DNA of 64,000 nucleotides. Source: Squalus acanthias. Its lineage: Eukaryota. Location of the stretch: contig CM059432.1 in assembly GCA_030390025.1 (NCBI GenBank), positions 97,714,001-97,778,000 on the forward strand, in the 5' to 3' direction. A program made the position numbers and the translations under genes. Of the stretch, positions 1 through 9,279 are shown in pieces. Below the pieces are notes generated by a model. It had not been told where the DNA came from, ran no database searches, and saw nothing but the letters and a program-made list of their open reading frames with translations. The number at the start of each line of letters is the position of its first letter. Position 1 is the first letter of the stretch.

Positions 1-1624
1 CGTGCTTGTATCCCAGACGATGCTGGTGCGAGGTTAGGCCTTCGTTGCCTAATACTATTGCTTGCTCTGGTCTCCGGCCAGCCTTTTAGCAATAAGCACC
101 TGTGAGTGGTTCGACCCACTCGCCCTTACGGTTCTAACACTGGACTTAGGTGCAGGAGCAGTAATGCAGAGAAAACTCAGATAGACCCGGTTGAATAGTA
201 CGAAATGGAAATCTTTATTGCATAGCGTCCAAAATCATGAAGTACATGTCATAGGCGCAAATTAACGAGAGTACAAGTATACATACATTCATAAAGCTTG
301 GTCTACGGTAATGAAGAACGCACGGCACATCGTAAAAAGGGGAACACATTATACTTTATCCTTAATAAAACCACCCTCCCTTATCAATACCTACACTACG
401 TCTAGATTTGTAGGATCGGGAAACATGCTCACCACTCGTGATACTTCGGAGAATTTTAAAGTGAGGCACTCGGCTCGTCTCGCTGCAGCGCCTGACTGTC
501 ACGTGTTTGGAGGGGTTCTGCACCCCACTTGTTTATCTTTGCTGCTGCGACAAGCAGGCCGGGCTCCCTGTTGTCATGAAGAACTCGACAGAACTCGGAC
601 ACGGTTCAAAGAAGAGCCTTCCTGTGCCCGACACCGGTTGTCGGTAGAATTCAATGAAGAGTCTTTCTTGTATTTTCGGGCGCGGTCGGGGTTTACTGAC
701 CGTGGCGGCACGTGGATTCTTCTTCTTTTCTTGTCATTTCATCTTGTCTTTTCGGGCCTTCGGGTCCAGACACCGTTTACCGACTCTCGGGATGGTGCAC
801 CCGGTCACTTGCCCTTGTCGAGGCGGCTCGTTCCGTTTGAGCTCCACCCAACATTCGAATAACCGTCCAGTGCGGCTAAAAGTCAAGAGTCAACAGAGTC
901 CAGCCCTAAGGAAGAGCTTCAGCAAGGGTTCGCCGAGAGATAAGAGAATAAGAGACGATTCGAGCGAATAAGCGTCGAAAATCAAGAGACCGATGGACAT
1001 TTGCTCACTATAGTTATAGTGCTGTGTTCCCTTATCTCCCGCTCAAATCTTAATGTTTGTCCTTTGTATAAAATTGGCGCTCAAAAACTCCCAGCATGGG
1101 GCGATTCTTTCCTTAACGGGTTTCGGTAGCACCTGAAACTGGCCAACTACCCGTTAATGTTTTCCCCATTGTTGACCCAGCCAGGATTGTATGAATCATC
1201 TCCCTGACTGGTTTTTGGTGGCCCCCGAATATTCGTTTAATCACCCGTCGATGTCTCTCTCATTGTAGAGCCGTGGGGGTATTTGTGTATTGATGTGTCT
1301 GGATGGGCCTTCGATTGCCCAGTACAATGGTCCTTACTTGTGCATGGAAAACGATTCCAGCACTTATATCTTTGCTATTGTTCCAAATGCAAACAGGTTG
1401 CATCCTGTCTTTATCAGTGTTTATCGAGTATGATAAATGTTTATTCGAACGCCATCTTGTCTGTCCACTGTATTTCTGGAAGCTTCTGCCACGATGCGCG
1501 GTGGCCATTTTTACAGGCTTCTGTGTCCTTTATAATCAGGACAGCATTTCGTTTAAATAAAACTGATCAAACGAATCTGCTTCTCTTAAGTTATTTCGAA
1601 TCGCGATAATTGCGAAACTCTACA
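1..1624 (-). repeat. 3' LTR (first ~16 bp lie outside the window)
   Basis: Colinear with 30112-31806; ends ...CTCTACA at 1624; minus-strand AATAAA at 214-219; abuts the PPT. Confidence 0.9.
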
Positions 1625-1636
1625 GTCCCTCCTGTT
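1625..1636 (-). promoter_or_regulatory. Polypurine tract
   Basis: Minus strand AACAGGAGGGAC immediately precedes the TGTAG LTR start. Confidence 0.7.
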
Positions 1637-2015
1637 GATGCGAATAACTCCGCTTATCGTATCAATTAAAAATGGTGGTGAGCAAAATTATCCCGATTCT
1701 CCACATCCAAACACTCCCGGTACTTAAACTATCTATGGCCTCCATGCAGTCCTCATTTCCCAGGGAAATTACATTGTCTAAACTTGGACAAACCGTAGGC
1801 AGCATTGCCTTTAAACTTACACTGCGTATACGCCTTCCAGGTGCAAAAGGCCGATGCCTCTCGCACCACCTGCATATGCATGTTTTATTATAAAAGGAAA
1901 AATAATCAAACCAACTGTTTAAAAAAAAAGTTCCAAACTTAGTTACACATATTCATAACTAACAACAATCACAAAAAACGCACATGGTAAAATGAAGCGG
2001 CGTCATCCTGGCCGT

Positions 2016-4367
2016 TTACACGGTACTTTCCTCGTTCACGTGCACGTAACGTTCTCTCCACTCCTCTGTGTTCTCCTGCTTTGTGAGGCGTTTGCCTCTT
2101 TTGCAGTGTACGACCAATAGGTACACTACAATCACTACTTGACACACTACCAAAATGTGGGAGGCTATCCTGATCCATGACGGAACTTCAATATTAGTGA
2201 ACAGATCCCACCACGGTGGGACTACTATGTCCAGTATCTCTGTCCCTATCTCTACAGTCTTTTGTTCTAGGGTGTAAAAATGTTTCTGTGATACCATGAC
2301 GGCTTTTAAAATCTTGGTGAGGTGTTCAGGGAGAGGGGGAATGATGTATCCGAAATGCGCGACGAATCGCTGCAAGTCTGTGAAATTCTCTTTTGCAGTG
2401 AGGTGAACAGTGGATGGTTCAGGAATCGGGACAATTCGCTGTTGTGCCACTTGAACTTCAGCCCTGGGTTTAAAACAGAAACTGCTGTCACTCACCGGAC
2501 ACCGGCTGTAGTGTCCATGCTGGTAGTGTTGCGCTGCAGTGGTAACGCAATACGTTCCACCCCCTATGTATGCCACCTGCGGAGGCACATGATCTTGTGT
2601 CATTGCTTCCATGGTGCAATTCATGGGCTTCGCGCCAGCCGTTCTGAACCCGCATTGTGGTGTTAAAAAGGCATTCAAGTGCTGGAGACACAGGATGATG
2701 TGTGCTCCCCGGCCACGACAACCCGAAAGGTCGGTACCTGTCATCGTTTGCTCCCAGCGGATAACGTAAGGTGGGACCACTGCGTAGCGAATGTGGGCTC
2801 CCCCCTGAATGACACCAATGTTCTCCACCCGGTACACCGGGGTGGGCTTTGCCGTGTCGCCCAACACCAGCATTCGTAGTACTATACCCATGATAGTGTG
2901 ATTTGACTGTCCGCAGTCCACTGGGACTGGGTATGCCTCTGAGGCTAGCCTGAGCTGGCACGGGCTTAATGCGTTCTGAAAAGGGTGGAGCGCCTGCAGG
3001 TGTTTGTTACTTATCCAGGACGGGACCAAACCTTGTTTTAAATCCTCCAAATTACTGCGGCCCTCGCCCAGTAACCACGCCCCGTATAGTACGCACACCT
3101 CGTTCTGCGCAGCTTGCTCGGATGCATTTCGATCTTCCCTGATCAGGGCATTTACCATTCTCGCATGCTTCTCCAGCTCTGCTATAATCTCTTTTAAGTG
3201 TAGTGTCATGGCCTGGTCCTCGTGTAACTCAGACCCTACTGCCTTGTTTTCACTTGTGAGGATGCTTTTTAACTGTGTTTTTAAACCGTTGATCTGGGTC
3301 TGCAGCTCCACATTGTCTAGAGCGTTGACCACAGATGTTCCCGTATTAAAAGCAGTGAACACATCGTTCACAACACCCCTTCTTTGTCTCCCCACCTGAC
3401 CCAAAACTTCGTGTGGTGTGGTGTATAAGCTTGTTTTGTCAATCTCTGCAAAATCAAACTCATAAAATTGCCTGAACATGTTTGTTAACAGGACCTGGTA
3501 CAATTGTTCCGTTTCTTTGGTACACCACTCTGGTAAATGCACCTCGGTGAGATTTAGAATCACCGAGGTCACCGCGTAATGTACCCCCTGATACAGTATC
3601 TGATCTGTTGGCACCAGTACCAGACCATTCCCGGGCCCCTTAGTGGTTTTAGGGCACCCTTCCTCCTGAGCCAAAGCCACCGGAATCATGGGCGGAGACT
3701 TGCGTGGGCGCGTGATGAGTTCAGTGGCGTTTACCGGGATCGGGGAGAATGGAGCTCCGCACCCCTTTGTGCTGACATCCCACCTCATCCCTTTCCCGTT
3801 GTCCTGCCACTGGTGTACGAAAAATAAGGATATACCCTTGGGGCAAACGTACTTCGATCCCCACATACAAACATATATTCCCTCATCCAGTTCCCACCAT
3901 TTGTCCCAACAGACTTTCAATTGTCTGTTAGTCCCCGTAATTGTCCGATGGGTATTGTTACCCAATCGCTCCCACTCGACCGAGGAATTTCTCATAGTCT
4001 TGCTTACCTTCCGTAGCCACCACCATCGGCTCAATGGGACCTTCCCATTGCATGTCAAACAAATCCTTTTGCCGACGGTGACGCTGATTCTGGGTGCAAT
4101 GATCCTCACTCTGGGGCACAGTAAAAAAGTCTCTTTGTAGGCAAATCCGGATGCGCTAGAGTATTCCGTCGAATTCGTTCCCAGCCATCCCGGCCACCTT
4201 CCCTTGTGGAAATAAGTGGCGGTTTCCTCAGCCTTTCGCTCCCTGGTCCCATCCGTCGTGATGGGGCCCGTGTCCCTGGAGCAACCGAACACAACGACAT
4301 CCTTGGTGAGGCCCCGATAGGCCAATCCATATCCGATCGTTGCGAGCACTATCAGAATCCTTTCCAT
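2016..4367 (-). CDS. env: Intact envelope / class I fusion glycoprotein, 783 aa, with N-terminal Ig-like domain
   Basis: Signal peptide; N-glycosylation sequons; furin site RQRR (aa 327-330); fusion peptide and heptad repeat; Cys-rich ectodomain; TM ~733-755; basic stop-transfer KRGKR; position upstream of PPT/LTR. Confidence 0.9.
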   Translation of the reverse strand: MERILIVLATIGYGLAYRGLTKDVVVFGCSRDTGPITTDGTRERKAEETATYFHKGRWPGWLGTNSTEYSSASGFAYKETFLLCPRVRIIAPRISVTVGKRICLTCNGKVPLSRWWWLRKVSKTMRNSSVEWERLGNNTHRTITGTNRQLKVCWDKWWELDEGIYVCMWGSKYVCPKGISLFFVHQWQDNGKGMRWDVSTKGCGAPFSPIPVNATELITRPRKSPPMIPVALAQEEGCPKTTKGPGNGLVLVPTDQILYQGVHYAVTSVILNLTEVHLPEWCTKETEQLYQVLLTNMFRQFYEFDFAEIDKTSLYTTPHEVLGQVGRQRRGVVNDVFTAFNTGTSVVNALDNVELQTQINGLKTQLKSILTSENKAVGSELHEDQAMTLHLKEIIAELEKHARMVNALIREDRNASEQAAQNEVCVLYGAWLLGEGRSNLEDLKQGLVPSWISNKHLQALHPFQNALSPCQLRLASEAYPVPVDCGQSNHTIMGIVLRMLVLGDTAKPTPVYRVENIGVIQGGAHIRYAVVPPYVIRWEQTMTGTDLSGCRGRGAHIILCLQHLNAFLTPQCGFRTAGAKPMNCTMEAMTQDHVPPQVAYIGGGTYCVTTAAQHYQHGHYSRCPVSDSSFCFKPRAEVQVAQQRIVPIPEPSTVHLTAKENFTDLQRFVAHFGYIIPPLPEHLTKILKAVMVSQKHFYTLEQKTVEIGTEILDIVVPPWWDLFTNIEVPSWIRIASHILVVCQVVIVVYLLVVHCKRGKRLTKQENTEEWRERYVHVNEESTV

Positions 4368-4379
4368 CTTTCCTGGTTC

Positions 4380-4400
4380 CTGTGATCAGATAAAATGATG
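4380..4400 (-). promoter_or_regulatory. Putative env splice acceptor
   Basis: Minus strand CATTTTATCTGATCACAG|G, with 12 nt between the acceptor and the env ATG. Confidence 0.6.
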
Positions 4401-4637
4401 TAGCCAGCCTCCCAAGAGTCTCTGACTTTTGTGAAGGGTGAGCGGGTCCCTTGACCTCGTCTCACGTAAAAAGACATGTACGCTGGATAGACTTTAACTA
4501 TTCCTATTTCTAACTCCCATCATTTTACCATTTACTTTTAAAATTAACCTACAATCTTACCAAACTAGAAAAAACTATAAACTTAAACTTAACCTAAACT
4601 TAACTGTACAGTGCCGCCCGTTCCCAGGGCGGCCTAG

Positions 4638-5453
4638 CTAAATTCTGCGAAGGCTGCCGCGAGCTTTTCCCAGTGGTGGGGGGGCACTGACCCCTTCCTT
4701 TGATCTGCCGCAGCCTGTCGCCGCTGCGCTGGGACTGGGATCTCCCTGGGCTACCTTGACCTTGAACTTACGCCTGGGGGTGCACGGGGGATTTGGCCAC
4801 GACTTCCTGGGCTGGGGTGTCTGACTTGACCTACGGAGGGCTACTTTGGGCAAGATTTCCAGGGCCGACGGACCAGGAACCAAGGCTTCCACCGTCACGG
4901 CCTGTGGTCCCACCACAGCCGCTGGCTCCGTCTCCCCTGGCTCCGCCCCCCTGAAATCGGGATTTGCAGTTTCTGGCTCCACCCTACTTAGCCCAGTATG
5001 TGGACTTCCACTCGCAATCCCTACCTCCCCTATGGGCAAGACTTCCAGGGCCGACGGACCGGGTACCGAGACTTCCACCGTCACGGCCTGTGGTCCCACC
5101 ACAGCCGCTGGCTCCGTCTCCTCTAGCTCCGTCCCCCTGGGCTCGGGATCTGCAGTTTCCGATTCCACCCTGTGTGGAACTCCACTCGGAGTCCCTATCT
5201 CCCCTAAGCTTGAGTCGAGGGCGAAACCTTCGTCCTCCGACCCCAGCACCTCTCCGACCGGGTCACTACCTTGATCGAGCTCCTCGAGCTCTTCCTCATC
5301 TGAATCCCAACACCAAGAAAAGATCCTACACTTTTCTAGAATGTCCTCTCCCGTCAAGCAGGCTGCTTTACCGGTCTGTGTGCCCTGCAGTTCTACCCGG
5401 GGCTGAGAGTCCCCACTCGCAGGTCTGGCCCCTCCCCTAAGACAGGCCACCAC
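4638..5453 (-). CDS. Acidic/Pro-rich ORF of unknown function with a 62-aa internal duplication; no ATG start
   Basis: 271 codons from a GTG, frame open ~48 codons further upstream; 186-bp direct repeat (4846 vs 5032). Confidence 0.4.
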   Translation of the reverse strand: MVACLRGGARPASGDSQPRVELQGTQTGKAACLTGEDILEKCRIFSWCWDSDEEELEELDQGSDPVGEVLGSEDEGFALDSSLGEIGTPSGVPHRVESETADPEPRGTELEETEPAAVVGPQAVTVEVSVPGPSALEVLPIGEVGIASGSPHTGLSRVEPETANPDFRGAEPGETEPAAVVGPQAVTVEALVPGPSALEILPKVALRRSSQTPQPRKSWPNPPCTPRRKFKVKVAQGDPSPSAAATGCGRSKEGVSAPPPLGKARGSLRRI

Positions 5454-5520
5454 CCCTGCTTGTGCATTCTGTGTGATCTCGCGGAGAAATGCGTCAGCGC
5501 TACGCGGAGCGGCCCAGGCA

Positions 5521-5624
5521 TTTCCGGACTCGTGTTTCTGATGTTCGAAGTCCGGAAACGCCCGAGCCCAGGTTGCGATATTTCCGGACTTCGGACATCA
5601 GAAACACGTTCCGAAGTCCGGAAA
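5521..5624. repeat. Pair of self-complementary hairpins that are inverted copies of each other
   Basis: TTTCCGGACT...AGTCCGGAAA at 5521-5558 and 5581-5624; the second is a near reverse complement of the first. Confidence 0.85.
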
Positions 5625-5684
5625 AACACGAAAACCGGCTCGGCCTTGGTCCCGAGGTTGCCGGATTCAGGACGCTCAACCTGT

Positions 5685-6220
5685 ATTTGCTTTTCTAATT
5701 GCTTGCTGTACCTGCATGTTAACTTTCAGTGATTCGTGCGAAAGGACACCCAGGTCCCTCTGAACACCAACATTTCCTAATCTCTCACCATTTAAAAAAT
5801 ACTCTGCTTTTCTATTTTTCCTACCAAAGTGGTTAACTTCACATTTCTCCACATTATATTCCATTTGCCATGTTCTTGCCCATTCACTTAGCTTGTCTAT
5901 ATCCCCTTGAAGCCTCTTTGCATTCTCCTCACAACTTACATTCCCACCCAGCTTTGTATCAGCAAACTTGGATGTATTACATTTGGTCCCCTCATCCAAA
6001 TCATTGATATAGATTGTGAATAGCTGAGGCCCAAGCACTGATCCTTGCGGTATCCCACTAGTTACTGCCTGCGAACCCGAAAATGACCCGTTTATTCCTA
6101 CTCTCTGTTTTCTGTCCATTAACCAATCCTCAATCCATGATAATATATTACCCCAATCCCATGAGCCCTAATATTGTTTAATAATCTCTTGTGTGGCACC
6201 TTATCGAATGCCTTCTGAAA
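5685..6220 (-). mobile_element. CR1 LINE RT fragment
   Basis: GIPQGSVLGPQLFTIYINDL, KFAD(D)TKLG. Confidence 0.9.
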
Positions 6221-6616
6221 ATAATAGTAATGTGTCGCAGACAACTTTCCCCTGAGATCTACTTCTTTCTCAAATGTGTCTCCAGATAGTCTTCCTCTTT
6301 ATAATGTTCAATATCATGCATTAGACAACAACTATAATTGCATGACTATTACGGTAATGAGATGCTGTCTGTCAAGAATTGCCTTTTTTTCTTTGTCAGG
6401 TATTGCTTTTGTTATCATTGCTTGAAAGCTCTTGTTGTTCTGCTGTTGCTGGACAACTTGAATTAGATGGCAATAACATTATATTTACAGTTCACAAGCA
6501 CTGCAATCATTTTGGATGACAGACTTTGAAAGAGGCTGTTTTTGTAGCACTTTGTGATGTGCTTCCTGTGTGACTGTCAATTTATAAACGACTTTAGCAT
6601 CTGCTGCAAATAAATT

Positions 6617-7437
6617 GCCTTCATCCTGCGTCAGTCCAGTGTGCCAGCAATTTTCCAGACATCATGTCAAACCCAAGGGTGACTGCTTGGAGGCAAGGGC
6701 TATCTGCCCTGCACCTGGCTGATGACTCCCCTCCGCAAGCCCACCACTCGTGCTGCCACCAGGAATGTGGGTATGAGTTTTGCAACAGTGGTAAGTGTGT
6801 GAGGGTGAACTGAAGCCATGATTATGAGGTATGACTGCTGATAGGTAGAGATTGTTGGTAGGTGAGTGCTGGGGTTGTGTGAGGCTTGTGGTGCAGATAG
6901 TGGGATATGGCATTTGTTGAAGCCTTCACTCACCTTGACCAGCCGTGTGAGGTCATTAAACTTTTTTTGGCACTTGATCTAGGTCCTTGGGACAACACTG
7001 GTGGCCGTGATGGATTCAGCAATCTCTTCCCACAATGTTCTGCAAATGACCTTGGATGGCCTCTTGCCTCCCTGCGGGTAAAGGGCAGCCTGCCTTTGTT
7101 GGACCCCCAGGACCAAGGCCTCTAGTGCAGCATCTGAAAATCTTCCAGCTCAGTCTCTAGGTTGTTGTGTCATAGCTTTCTCCAAAGTGAGAATGAGATG
7201 CTTCTGCAACAAAGCACTTCCCCTTTAAGTAGTGCAGAGCGCCAAGGCCAAACTTAATTGGCCATTAGACTGCACCCGATATTGCACTAAGCCAATCAGC
7301 AGCCCGTTTAACGCTGCGATCAGCACTCCAATCATGTTAATGAGTAGGCAGCACAAATTTTGCTCTCTGCACCACTTAGAAGAGGCGCAGGCAAATAGCA
7401 CTGGCCCGTGCCACTGCCTTATCCAATTTCTAGGCCA
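6617..7437. mobile_element. Deleted Harbinger remnant (HARBI1 fragment + joined to Myb/SANT exon -)
   Basis: AFILRQSSVPAIF on +; CQKKFNDLTRLVK|gtgagt on -; subterminal sequence resembles 11000-11930. Confidence 0.7.
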
Positions 7438-7955
7438 CAAACCTTTAACTCCATTCTGTCAACAGTTGTCTGGTGAACAAGACCAGGGCTGTGAAATTCA
7501 GCATCTTAATGTTAAGGCAGGTTTCGGAAAAAAAATTCCGGCGCGGACCACACTGGTCGCCATCTTGGTGAGGGCGATAGAGCGGGAGGGACATGTGCAC
7601 GCTGGCACAATGCAGAGTAGGCAGTTCATGACATCAGTCAGCGTGCAATACTGATTTGACACACAACCTGCCATTTTGGACGTCGCCATTCCAATCAACG
7701 CCCTCTCCTAAAGACGCACAGTTGAACATGTGCTCAGCTGCACGAGGGACCCCACCAGCACTATTTAAAGAGCTACATCTAACTTGCAGGTAAGTTGTTT
7801 ATTTCTCTTGTACTGGCTTGTGTAGAGTTTATATGAATACTGGCTTGCTGGAAGGCATTTATAACATTGTTAAAATGTGCAGGGAGTGCTGTTGGACATT
7901 GGGAAGGCATTGGCTGCAACTGGAAGGCCTCTGAGTACACCATTTGCTCCCAATC

Positions 7956-9097
7956 ATGGGGGCTCTACTTACGGTCCCCCTCATGCTACAGCATGACAGG
8001 GAGATGGAACAGAGGCAGCAAAGACAGAGGCAGCAGAGGGAGGAGAAGGGGGAGGAGGGCTCTCAGCAGAAGGTCTTACCCACCTAGGGTCTTCAGGGAG
8101 CACTTCTCTTACCTGCACCTAAGGCAGGAGCAGTGTATTCGGAGGCTCAACTTCACCAAGGAGGTGGCCACAGAACTCTGTCACCTCTTGGAACCAGACC
8201 TACAGCCTCAGAGCAGGGCGTCGACGGTGCTGCCAGTAGCCTTCAAGGTGACCGTGGCCCTGAATTATTTTCCAGCGGATCCTTCCAGGCTGGAACAGGT
8301 GACATAGCTAACATCTCACAGTTCGCTGTCCATCGCTGCATTGGGGAGGTCACAAAGGCTCTGTACTCCAGGAGAAGGGACTTCATTGTCTTCTCTCTAA
8401 ATAGAGTGAAGTAGGAGGAGTGCACACATGGCTTTGCCAAGATATCGGGCTTCCCAGCGGTAAAGGGCACCATCGATTGCACACATGTCGCTTTGCGGAT
8501 GCTGTATATCAATGCTGAGATGTTCCGTAACTGCAAAGACTACCAATCTCTTAATGTGCAGTTGTTGTGTGGCAACGCCCAACACATCATGATGGTAAAT
8601 ACCCGGTATCCTGGCAGCAGTCAGGATGCTTTCATCCTGCACCAGTCCACTGTGCCAGCAATATTCCAGCCATCACATCCGAGCTGAGGTTTGCTGCTCG
8701 GAGACAAGGGTTGTCCGCTCTGCACATGGCTGATGACTCGCTCCGCAATCCCACCACTCATGGCCAGCAATCATATAATGACAGCCATGCTACCACCAGA
8801 AATGTCATCGAGCAGACCATCAGGGTGCTCAAGCAATGGTACCACTGCCTTGACCACTCGGGAGGAGCTCCCCAGTACTCACCGGAGTGGGTGTCTCAAT
8901 TCATGGGTCTGCTGCATCCTCCACAATTTGACCATCATAACGGGCACTACCCATGCCACCACGGGTTCCGCGACCATCTCAGGAGGAGGAGGCGGAAGAG
9001 GAAGAGGAAGAGGAGGAAGGAAGGGAGGAGGCAGCCTGCAAATCCCCGTTCCGGACAGGCTGTCCGTGAGCGCCTCATCAGATTTCGGTTCCCCTGA
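7956..9097 (+). pseudogene. HARBI1-like DDE transposase, frameshifted
   Basis: LPVAFKVTVALN, GFPAVKGTIDCTH, SLNVQLLC, YPGSSQDAFIL, LLGDKG, TRNVIEQTIRVLK. Confidence 0.9.
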
Positions 9098-9279
9098 ATG
9101 AAACCCCAGATCCCCGTTGCCCACAATGTACCATCCCTCTGTCACAGAACATCACAGCGTCCTCTTGGGCACAATGCTGAAACGGAAGCCAGCACCAAAC
9201 AAACATTCCAAACATATTTCATAAATGATTATTTCCAATATTACATTACAATGTCAACTAATCACCCTTGTGGATTCTC

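Larger units (their letters stand above)
1..5685 (-). mobile_element. Env-bearing LTR retroelement / endogenous retrovirus-like element, lacking pol and 5' LTR
   Basis: Minus-strand order: hairpin leader, acidic ORF, splice acceptor, intact env, PPT, LTR. CpG-rich compared with neighbouring decayed TEs. Confidence 0.85.

Noticed and set aside
311..862. 183-aa plus-strand ORF in the LTR
   Set aside because: Antisense to the element, frameshifted in the second LTR, no motifs.
1260..1508. 82-aa sense ORF in U3
   Set aside because: The frame is broken by an indel in the solo LTR; no recognisable domain.
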